Shown one piece after another: positions 50,232 to 61,590 of a stretch of DNA of 64,000 bases. The stretch's first letter is position 1. The number at the start of each line of letters is the position of its first letter. Source of the stretch: Azolla caroliniana (lineage: Eukaryota; Plantae; Polypodiophyta); the NCBI GenBank assembly GCA_043228905.1, contig JBHGNT010000011.1, positions 13,454,001-13,518,000 on the forward strand. The letters are read 5' to 3'. Position numbers and translations under genes: made by a program. The notes under the pieces are model-generated. The model ran no database searches. It saw nothing but the letters and a program-made list of their open reading frames with translations, and was not told the origin of the DNA.

Positions 50232-52367
50232 AAATCCGAGTAGTCGCCTCCAAGGTTATCTCGATTTCTTTCATGATTAGCTCGCACCGTTAGGAATTGA
50301 ACAGATCTTTGGTTGTCAAGACTCTTGATCCGCGCAAAGGCTGCTCCATTATCAAACACCTTGGTCTCCATCCAAGATGATGTGATATATGGTTGTCCTA
50401 GGATGACAGGATGCGAAGCTGGTTCTTGCACGAAGAAGTGTTGATCCATCTCCACATCCCCAATTGTGACTTTAACATTGGGACAAGCTCCATACAAGTC
50501 CTCTGTGGCCTTTGTTGCCGCTCGAATCTTCCATCCATGGTTTGTATTGATTGGCCATCTTCCTTTTTTGTAGAACTCGGTTGACATGAGGTTGATCTCC
50601 GAGCCATGGTCGATCAAGGCTACCACGGTCTCTTTCTTCTCCCCGATCTTCACCGGCATCTCCGTTGTCGCTCGTGCACAATGAGGTCGAGTATAGTGGT
50701 TGTCCACCATCTCTTCATCGACTTCGTCCCTTGCCATCGTTATGGCATTTGTTTTTGCTTTTAGTGGCTTCTCTTCTTCCTTGTCTGATTGTTGTCTTTT
50801 TCTCTTTACAAGGTTCACGATCGTATCATGGAACTCCTTCTTCGTAATGCCGAACAATTCCCTCTTGAGGACAAGGTCACATGGTTGCCGAGAACACGTT
50901 CCTCGAGAATCTTCTTCAGATATGTTGTTTGCTCTATGTCTGACCTTAGCTTATAGGTAGGCATAGTCCTTGTCTTCCGAGCGGGGGCTTCGACACGAAC
51001 CTTCACGGGCCGTATCGTTTCTTCGACTCGTTTGGTCGACTCCCCTTTTCGGCTTGAGTCTCCTTCCTCCATTTGTAAAGCTTGACTCGTTTCTACATCT
51101 TCTTTCTTTTTCGCGTTCCTTGTTTCATGTCTTTTTAATGGGCCTTGCTCTTCCATTCTTTTTCTCTTTTCATCCACGAACATCTCGTGGTTGTCGCACA
51201 TCACTTCCGCGAGTATGGTGTTGTCATTCACCAAATCCGACCATCTGGTTATATTTTGCACAATTCGGTCCGCAAGCTCTACCTCGTTTGAAGTGACCTT
51301 TCCCTTGTTCTCATACTCAAGAACGGTAGACCAAAACTTTGCTCTTGCTCTAGTAGCTTCAGTTTTGTCTTTCCCGACTCTTATTCCGGCCAATGCAGCA
51401 TAGTGCATCGCATCCACATGAGTCGTCTCAACACATTCCACGGCTTTCTTCATTCCCCCTCTTTTGAGATTCACCCGTAGGGGTCTTCGAGTTTCACTTG
51501 AGCAGATCATGTTGTCATCCATGTATACGATATTTTGTCGGATGGCCTCTCGAAGGGTCGCGCAATCCCTTCTCATGTGGTCCATGCTATCGCACCATAC
51601 TTTGGGGCCCAACGATTCATGTTGGCTAACGTGACCGTCTCGAACTTCTTCGCCAGTTCTTTGATGATGTCATCATCAATCTTCTTTTCTTCCGGTTAAC
51701 TTTGTTTGGGCGGCTCAACTACTTTTGGTTGTCTTGTTTTCTCCATGACAGTCGATCCTGCCAAATTGGTGTCATCAACCCACTGACGACGCTTGTCGAG
51801 CCTATTGCACGCCTGCTTCACCGCAATCCAGTCTGCCACAAGCCCATTTGCTTGGGTATCGTCTTCAAGAAGAGTCCCCAATTCTTGTTTATCCTTCATA
51901 TCCACAGCTTTCAAGAAGTACAAAGTCTTGTCCTCCTCAAGTAGCACTTGGTCCATGTTGGGGAGACAACCAAACATCTAGTCGAATTCGTCGTACACCC
52001 TTGAGGTGCTCATCTTCTTATTTTTCTTTTCTATCCACTTCATCAAGGCATGTCGAGTCATCCTCGATAAATCTTCCGTCGCGAACTCTGGTAATATTGC
52101 TCTCTCGAACTTGGATCATGTTGTCTTGCCTTCTTGAAGCTCGATGACGCGTCTTTGTATGTTGTTGGCGACCACTCTCTTGAAACTTATAATTTGACAT
52201 GCTTCGGACACGTCCCTTTGATTCATCTCCTTTTTGTATGCATCAAGGAACTTCGTAATGTTCCTTCCATAGAATTGACCCTCGAGCTCTACGACACGGT
52301 CGACGGCCTTCTCCACGCTCGCATCATTGTCCTGAGATCTCATCATTTGTTCAATGATTAGCATCAT
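50228..52367 (-). pseudogene. Gypsy gag-protease, decayed
   Basis: FYGRNITKFLDAY, WCDSMDHMRRDC knuckle, ALIDHGSEIN..VILGQPY; ends DF-stop at 50228. Confidence 0.9.
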
Positions 52368-52452
52368 CCTTTCGAACGCTCCTGCTTGATTGCTTCAGGA
52401 CACCATCTCCAAGTATTGGTTGATCCTCGACTTAATCCTTCCTACCGCCACT

Positions 52453-52470
52453 TTCACATCGGGTTCACCA
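52453..52470 (-). promoter_or_regulatory. tRNA-Trp primer-binding site
   Basis: TTCACATCGGGTTCACCA, identical to 8314-8331, 8 nt from the LTR. Confidence 0.85.
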
Positions 52471-52478
52471 CTTTATTA

Positions 52479-53428
52479 TGTCGTGAAGATCCGTCACTAC
52501 GTGCGGATCGTGAGGCGGAACCGTCGAGGTTCTGGACTGAAAGGATTTGAAGTTTGTACTAGCTTTAGCGAGAAAGTATTTAAGATAGATTAAAAGAGAG
52601 AGATTGAGATAAGATAGAACGCTTGACTTTAGATTGAGAGAGATTGAAATGGAGAGAGAGATTAAGATTGAACCCTTGACTTTAGATTTGAGGAACAAAA
52701 TATATCGTTAATTGGATAACCATTTTTCATACCTCACTCTCCTTTTGATCTTTTTCATCCACTCTTTTATAGATGCCCCCATGCATATGATGCATGTGAG
52801 GGTACAAGACATGCATGTGATGCATGGTTGCTATTTGGTGCTCATGCATTACATGTGATGCATGATAACCATGTCACACTTTCAAGCTCTAATATGAGAA
52901 TTTACATGTAAAACTATAATGATAGAAAAAATATTTTTAGAGAAAGGACTTGGCTTAGTGGTAAGTTTACCACCTACTATCTTGGAGGTGCAAGGTTCAA
53001 GCCTCGCTTGCATCCTTTTCTATACAAATTTTTACTAGGCTTTTTCTAGTTTAGATGATTTTTTTCGTTTTACACCAAAATCGTCGCAATCAACCTATCC
53101 GATCGATCCGTCTATCTGGTCCATCCAGTCCGCATCCGACTCGGTGATCCGGTCCGGTTTTGGTGCCGGTCCCTGTCCCCGTCCGGTTCCGGTTTGGCAC
53201 CATCTACCAGTTTGGTTCTGGCTCCATCGCCGATTGTTCGTTCTGGTTCCGGCTCCGTCGCCGTCTGGTTCCCATTTCGGTTTCGGTTCCATCGCCATCC
53301 GGTTCCGGTTCTGGTTCTGATTTCGGTTCTAGTTCCATCGCCATCCGTCCGGTCCAGTCCTCCAAAATCATTACGAGTAGTTAAGCCACAATTTAGCCCA
53401 AGAACATTCTGTGCTCCACACATAGACA
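52479..53428 (-). repeat. 5' LTR (about 950 bp) with CATG-rich, tRNA-like and CCGGTT-repeat segments
   Basis: TGTC..GACA ends, adjacent to the PBS; right end inferred. Confidence 0.7.
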
Positions 53429-56400
53429 AAAAGTAATAAGTTCTGGTTGTGCTTATATACTATGGGATCCTGATTTGTCCTATCTATGTGGGATATCTCA
53501 TAGTTTTGTTTTTCTCTTCTTCTTCTCAAACTTCACATTCACATAACTTGACATTTAGTTGTCTGTTTCAAATGTAGTAAAGTACATTCGTAAGCTCTTG
53601 AAGACCTCCATCTTCCCGTACCAAGATATTGTTGGTCGAGAAATCGTTGCGGAATATAAATCACAATGAACAGACAATGCTAAAATACGAATCAGACCCG
53701 AATGTGAGAAAGATAAGATAGACAACTATACAGAGAGATTTACGTGGAAACCCTAAAACGGGGAAAACCACGAGTGAACAGAATTTCTTCACTATACGAA
53801 GTGCATATACAATACAGAGATGAATACAACACGATGTCAAGTGTATCAGCCGCACAAGGCTCTTTGCGTCTGTTGTTACTCATACAGCTATGGCGCGACT
53901 CACACTTCTCTCTCTCACACACTCTCTACACAGAGTTTTCAACTACTTCTGTTCCTACATCTCTCATAACATGTTTGCCCTAGTTGCATATATACTTACG
54001 CAACTTTCTGGTTATTTACATACGTAGCCTCATGGGGCGCACATTAACGCTATTTACAAATATAGTCTCCCGAGTTGGTTATATACATGATTCCGGTTTC
54101 GGCCGAGTCCCTCATCAACTCAGCTCTTGTTTTTCGACTGTCGGCCTTTCCGAATAGTCAGATCTTCCTCCCACTGGAGGGACAAATTCCCAACAAACTC
54201 CCCCTTCACTCCTGTGGGAGGAAATCTGTCAGTCCTGTATTTTGTTGACAGACTCTAAGTCTGTCCATAGGTAGGTACTTCGTCAGCATGTCAAATCCAT
54301 TGTCGTCGGTATGGATCTTTACAAGGGAAAATTCTCCTTCTTCGACTCTCTCCCATAGCCAGTGATACCTTCTTTGTATGTGCTTGGTCCGGGAGTGGTA
54401 TGCCACGTTCTTGGCTAGGTGTATGGCGCTTTGACTGTCATAGTGAAGCAAGAGCTCCTTTTGCTCCATGCCTAGTTCGGTGAGAAAATTTCTCATCCAG
54501 ATCGGCTCTTTTCTGGCCTCTACCGCTGCCATATACTTTGCCTCTGTAGTCGACAAGGCTACAGACTTCTGCAGTCATGACTGCTACGACACTGCTCCCC
54601 ATGCATAGGTCATCATGTACCCTGAGGTGGATCGGCTTGAGTCGGTATCTCCAAACATGTCCGAATTGGTAAAACCTTCCAACACAGGTTTTTCGACACC
54701 ATACCTTAGGCACACCTCCGAGGTGCCTTTCAAGTACCTGAGTATCCACTTCACCGCTGCCCAATGTTCTCTCCCTGGATGACTCATATATCGGCTTACT
54801 GCTCTCACATCAAATGCTATGTCCGGTCTTGTACATACCATAGCATACATTAGACTACCAACGGCCGAGGCATATGGTACCTTCTTCATCTCAGCCTTTT
54901 CCTTCTGCCCTTTCGGACACTGCTTCGCATTCAATCTGCAATTTGTCGGCAACACTGAGCCGACCGGCTTTGCGTTCGACATGTTGAACCTCTCTAGGAT
55001 CTTCATCACATACTTCTGTTGTGACAACCATAGCACCTTTCGAGCTCTGTCTCGGGTTATGTGCATTCCTAGGATTTGCTTTGCCGGTCCAAGGTCTTTC
55101 ATGGCAAAATGATTTGCCGAGAGCTTTCTACAAGCTTCCAATCTTCCTTTTATCTTGGCCGACTATCAACATATCATCAACATATAGCAAGAGAATCAAG
55201 AAATCTCCTTCCTTGTACCTTTTGACGAACACACAGTGATCGGCCTATGTTTTCTAGAACCGATGTTCCATCATGAAGGACACGAATTTCTGGTGCCATT
55301 GGCATGGAGCTTGTTTCAGTCCGTACCAGGTTTTCCTCAGTCGACACACTAGATTCTCTTTCCCTTTCTCCTCAAAGCCTTCGGGTTGTTGCATGTAAAT
55401 TTCTTCTTCTAGCTCCCCGTGCAGAAATGCGGTTTTGACATCTAACTGTTCGATCTCCAAATCCATGATGGCCGCTATGCTCAGAACAGTTCGTATGGAT
55501 GTCATCTTCATGACTGGTGCGAATATTTCGTCAAAGTCGACGCCCTTCCTCTGTTGGAAACCCTTCACCACTATGTGGGCTTTATACCTAGGCTTGTTGT
55601 CGACTTCTCCAGTCTTGACCTTGTAGACCCATTTATTCCTAAGTGCTCTCTTACCTTTCGGCAGCTCTACTAGGTCGTAGGTGCAATTCGCGTGCAAGGA
55701 TTCTATCTCCTCTTGCATCACGTTCAACCATTTTTCTCTGCTTTCGTCGGCAATGGCTTCTTCAGAGCACTTTGGTTCACCGTCATCAGTCAAGAGGACG
55801 TATTGATTGGCATATGTAATCGGTGCCCTCCTTTCTTTGAGTGGGTATCTTCGTCCACTCGTTGTTGGCTCCAGTCCGGATGTCTCTACCAACTCTTCTC
55901 TCTGCTTGGGATTTTGCTCGTCAATCAGCATCTCTAGGTTGGATAACTCCAACTAATATTCATCAATTGACTTCAGTAACTCTACCGACTCTGACTGATA
56001 GTATGTCAGTCTTTCCGAGTCGACCGACTCGGATTCGGCTCTGTCGGCCATCTGTCTCCTTACAACTGTCGGTGACGACTCACTTGGCCTTAAGTCGATG
56101 GTAGTCGAGGTTGACTAGGGAGTCGGTTCCGACTTCTGTTGCTTCCAGTCTTCAATTGTCTTGTCTTCTAGAAAGACTACATCCCAACTTCTCACTACCT
56201 TTTTGTCGACTAGGTCCCATAGCCTATAGCCGAACTCATCTTCCGAGTATCCCATGAATATGCATGCTTTCCACTTGCTATCGAGATTTGACCTCTAATC
56301 CTTTGGTACATGCATATACGCCAAACATCCAAACACCCTCAGGTGTTGGTAGAAGACATCCTTCCCCGTCCACACCCTTTGTGGGACATCACCCTTTAAT

Positions 56401-59400
56401 GGCATTGAGGGAGACCTGTTGATCAGATAAACAGTTGTGTACAACCCCTCAGCCCAATAGGATTTCGGCAATTTTGCATGAGAGAGCATGCTCCTTACTC
56501 TCTTCATGATCGTTCGATTCATCCTCTCTGCAAGCCCGTTCAACTCTGGGGTCTTTGGCATTGTGTATTCGATCCAAATACCTTGGCACTTGCAGTATTC
56601 CTCAAACTGCCCTCTATACTCGCCACCATTGTCGGTTCAGACAACCTTCAGTTTCTAACCCGACTCTCTTTCGGTTCTTGCCTGGAACTCCTTGAAAACC
56701 AACAGTACTTGATCCTTCGACTTCAGTACGAAGGCCCATGTTTTCCGACTATAGTCGTCAATAAACGTTACGAAGTATTGTCCACCTCGATGTGATGGAG
56801 CATCCACATAACACATGTCCGTGTGTACTAGTTCCAGTGCAGCTTCTCTTCTCCTCGGTGGTCTCGAGTGGAATGTCATCCTGTTCTGCTTTCCGGCTAA
56901 GCAGTCGACACACTTCTCTAGGTGCCCTCCCTTGACTTCTGGTAGAAGTTTCTAGTCAGCTAGCAGGTGCATTCCCTTCTCACTCATGTGACCTAGCCTC
57001 TTATGCCATATCTCCCCTGCCGAGTTGGCTGCCACGTTTACTTCCGATTTGCACAGTCGGGCATGCATCATGTACAATGTGCCTCCTCTCTGTGCTCGGG
57101 CCACAATGAGATTTCCTCGACAGAACTTCCACTTGCCATCTCGAAAGCTACCATTGTAGCCTTCGTCTTCAAGCCTTCCAGTTGATATCAGATTCAATCT
57201 GATATTGGGGACGTGTCGAACATCCTTCAACGTAAGTCGACACCCTGTCGACGTCATCAAGTAGACACTTCCGACTCCAGTTATCTTGCACTCTCCACTA
57301 TCACCCATCTTTACATAGCCATGATCCCCAGCTATGTAAGTCAAGAAATACTCTCTCGACAGAATAATATGGAAGGATGCGCCGAAATCAATCACCCAAG
57401 TGCACTCTTCGCTTGCAAGGTTTACACTTGTTTGTTCACAAATGAACAGGAGTTCCTCATTGCTCGTAGCAATGGCCGAAGTGTTCTTTTCATCCGGAAT
57501 TTTCCGTAGTTCGACATTATTTCCGACACTCTTGTCTTTCTTCATGTGTCGGCAGTCCTTCTAGAAGTGTCCAGGTTTTCTGCAATAGTAGCACACAAGC
57601 TTACCTCTAGACTTCGATCTGGTGTGGTATTTGTTCGTTCGCTACGGACTCCTTCGCCGGTCCCTTCCTTTGTCCATATGTTGAGTCAGATTTGTAAAAG
57701 AATACGTGCGGAAGCAATAGAAAACCGAACACAGAAAATACGCAGGTTTAATGGAGAGCTTAGGATATACACACAGTACACGAGAGAGACAAAGAGAGAA
57801 CACACAGAAACTCAATTCAAAATAATACTCAATTTGTACATACACCGTGCTCAGTGAGCACCTTTTATACAAGCCTTGACAATAGGGCTGACACAAGTAC
57901 TGATAATACTTGACCACTCATAAATGAGCCTACTACACTAACTCCCAAAATTATTCCTTACGAGGAATATCTTCCCAACGGCCTCGCGGTTTACGCACCG
58001 ATACGGCCATGTTATGCGTACCGATTTACGCACCCAGTCTACACACTGGTTTACGCATCGTATTACGCACGAATGTTGAGCTTGTCTCTCAACACTCCCC
58101 CTCAAGCTCAACTTGAGGTTCCACCTGCTCCGCCAGATCTATGATCCGGTTCCTTCTGGCTGCACGCCTCGCTCACGCTCCCCGACCCGTTCGATTCCGC
58201 GCGCCTCGACCCTTTCGGTCGGCTTGTTTGCTTACACGGTCCTTCTCAACTTCCTTGCTGTCATGGTGTTGGCACCTCTTTTGTTGCCTTCTCTTCCGCT
58301 TGGCCCTTGGTTGATTCAACATATCCGAATCAAACATCCGAACCGACTCGGCTTCCTCCGATCGTTTTTCGCTCTCATCCGAGTTGGCTGTCTCCAACTC
58401 ATCTTCGGTCTTCTCGCCCTTGATGGCTTCATCTCCCCCATGCTTGGCTGGCTTTGACTCTTTCTTCCAGCTGCTCCCCTTATGTTTGCTTTTGGACTCT
58501 TCCACGGATCCGCCCTTGGCTTCTTTAGCCAATCCGAAATCGAATTCGTCATCCGACTCGGCGTCACGGTCTTTTCCGCTCCTTTTCTACTCCCTTCCGT
58601 AGTCATCTGGGAAGTATCTCCCCCTCAAGTTCGGCATGTCGAGGTGACGCAACCCAAGCGCACCCGAGAATTGCCGCAACTTGTCCAGACCAAGCAGCTT
58701 GGTGAAGATGTTGGCATTCTGCCGATCCGACGAAACATACTGAAGTTCGACTTCACTGAAGAAGACACGCTCACGGACAAAATGGTAGTGCACCTCAATG
58801 TGCTTAGTCCGGGCGAGGGAGAAAAGGTTCTTAGCTAGCTGGATGCTGCTGAGGTTGTCGTAGTGGATTATCATTGGATCAGATACCTCCACCTACAGAT
58901 CCTTAAGTAGCCGCTTCAACCATATGGCTTCGCATGTTGCGACCGGCGCTCCTCTATACTTGGCTTCGGTTCTCGACAGCGCAATTTTCAACTACTTCTT
59001 GCTACTCCACGTGATCGCAACACTCCCAAAAGAGAACGCGAAACCAGACGTGGATCGGCGATCGATGGCGTTTCCGGCCCAATCAGCATCGGTGTAACCG
59101 ACCAACTGTGCGGCAGTATCGGTCCGATATAGTAGCCCCCGGTCCCTAGTGCCACTGACGTACCAGAGTACGCATTGTGCGCACTGAAGGTGCTCCTTGG
59201 TCGATCGCGCCATGAACTGACTAATCACCTTGATCGGGTAGCTGAGATCTAGTCGAGTGATGGTCAAGTATATAAGGCTTCCAACTATTTGTCGGAACCT
59301 CGTCGGGTCGCATACCTTTCCGGAATCGGGGCGAAGCTTGACGGTTCCATCCAGAGGAATCGAGACGGACTTACAGTTGGTCATCCCGAACTTGAAGAGC

Positions 59401-59557
59401 ATATTTAGCGCATAATGAAGTTGGCTTATCAATATGCCTTCGGAGGTATGGATCACTTCAATCTCGAGGAAGTAATGAAGGTTCCCCAGATCCTTCATGT
59501 CAAATGATGCCACGAGCTGGAGCTTTACGCGGTCAATTTCACCAAGGTCGGCGCTGG

Positions 59558-60162
59558 TGTCGCGAAAATACGACGAGGATACGTGAACTTGAGGCAGGAC
59601 CTCGGGGCCTCCGACCGGAAGATATTAGATTCGTATGATTATATTAAACAATTAATACAAAATGAGAAAGATTCACAAATTTCATTAATAAAGGGAAAGT
59701 AATTACAATATGTCCCAAGATTGGGATTCAAAAGTTTTAGGTTATAGAGATTAATAGAAAAGAAAAATTAGGGGTTTGAGAGATATGGCTTCCGTATGGA
59801 AAATTAGGATTATATATGGAAAAAAAATGGAATATATATGGAGTTCCCCGTTGATCATATGCATGTCTACTTTTAGTTGCATAGCTTCTTCTTTTAGTTG
59901 CATCTATTTTTAGTTGCATGTGACCGTCCACATGACCTTTACTTTAGTATCATCTTCGAGAAGAGTCCCCAATTCTCGTCTGGTTGCCGGTTCCGTCCGG
60001 TCGCCGATTGTCGCCGCCTCGCCAGATCCTGTTTGCTTACCGGCCGGTTTCTGGTTTTGCTTTCCAGCCGGTTTCCGATTTTGCTTGTCGGTCTGGTTTC
60101 TGGTTTTGTTTACCGGCCCGGTTCCGGTTTTGCTTGTCGGCCCGATTCCGGTTTTGCTTGCC
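59558..60162 (-). mobile_element. Truncated Gypsy-type LTR inside the nested Copia, associated with loss of about 1 kb of IN/RT
   Basis: Begins TGTCGCGAAAATACG, similar to the LTR at 52479; about 24-bp CCGGTTTTGCTT repeats at 60030-60162; Copia sequence jumps from RT to IN across it. Confidence 0.7.
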
Positions 60163-61506
60163 GTGTCGCAAATTCGGCTTCATTCTGAAGTATAGCTCAT
60201 GCGCCGACACTTTTTCTCCGATCCGATTCTAGATGTATACCGCGGTTCGTACCGCCTTGGCCCAATAGAACTTGATCAAGCTCTTTTCTTCCAGCATTGC
60301 CCACACCGCTTCTACAATTGACCGGTTCTTCCTCTCGGCCACACCGTTTTGCTCCGGCATGTATCTACAACTGAATTCGCGCCGAATTCCCATCTATTGC
60401 TAATAGTCGTTGAATTGACCGGAAAAGTACTCTTTTCTGTCATCCCACCGCAAGCACTTGATCTTTCGTCCTATTTCCGTTTCCACGAACCCTTTGAGGT
60501 TCCGGAAATAGTTGAAGACTTCACTCTTCTTCTCGATGAGGTAGATCCACGTGTGCTACGTATAGACGTCGATGAAGGAGACGAAATATCGACTCCCGCC
60601 AAGACTAACATTCTATGATGGGCCCCATACATCGGAATGTAACAAGTCGAGCTTGTTCCGGCTCCGGTTACGCTTGTTTGGGAAAGGAAGTCGGTGTTGC
60701 TTCCCTAGATGGCAGGCTTCACAAATTTATGCCTTCCGGCCACTAAATTTGGGCAATCCGAACACCACCTGTTTCGATTGCAGGTCCTGAAGCCGTTGAT
60801 AGTTGACGTGGCCTATCCGCTTGTGCCATAAGTCATTATCCGACTTGACTTTTTTTCCTTTCGCGAACATTGCGGTGCCACCGTTACTAGAGTCGAGGAT
60901 AAACATCCTCCCGTCTCTGCGCCCTTGTGCAATAACTCGGCCTTCTTCCTCGATGAAGAATCTGAGATGCGTGAACCGGACTTGCATCCCCTGGTCGACG
61001 ATCTGCCTGACCGACACCATATTCTTCGTGATTGTCGGGACGTGTAACACGTTCATAAGTTTCCCTTTCTGCCTGACATGGCTCAAGGGAACTTCACTGA
61101 CATTCGTGATCGGATGCAGAGTGTCGTATCCGGTTGCACTACTCCCAGTTGCATCGGTTTTTCCAAGTACGAGAACCACTCCTTGTGGCACGTCATGTGG
61201 TTTGATGCACCGGAGTCGACATACCACACCTCGTCCGACTTCGGGGTGATCTTCTTCATCGAATTTGCTTCGTGTCTCGTCACGAAGACTGACCCTTTTT
61301 CGGATCCTTCGGCGTAGTGCAATCGTTGTCGGTTTCCTTTGTCGATCTGTCTGAAACCTGATCCGGGTCCGGTCCTCTCCGAATCGGCGCGCTTTTTCCA
61401 GCACTCACTCTCTCTATGTCCTTTCTTGGCACAATACCAGCATTCCATGGCAGATTTCCCTTGCCAGTTCTCATTGCCTCGACTCCCCCTGTTTCCGAAG
61501 TCGCAT

Positions 61507-61590
61507 TGTCGTAAGTTGCTCAACTCCTGTCGTAAGTTGCTCAGTTCCTGTCGTAAGTTACTCAGCTCCTGTCGTAAGTTGCTCAGCTCC
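61507..61590. repeat. 21-bp tandem repeat, 4 copies (ELSNLRQ), at a gag deletion junction
   Basis: TGTCGTAAGTTGCTCAGCTCC units. Confidence 0.92.

Larger units (their letters stand above)
45091..53428 (-). mobile_element. Ty3/Gypsy (non-chromovirus, tRNA-Trp primed) element: LTR-PBS-gag-PR-RT-RH-IN-extra ORF-LTR; the two LTRs do not match
   Basis: Complete domain order on the minus strand; PBS at 52453-52470. Confidence 0.9.

Noticed and set aside
53095-53436. Overlapping low-complexity ORFs on both strands
   Set aside because: By-product of CCGGTT-type repeats in the LTR
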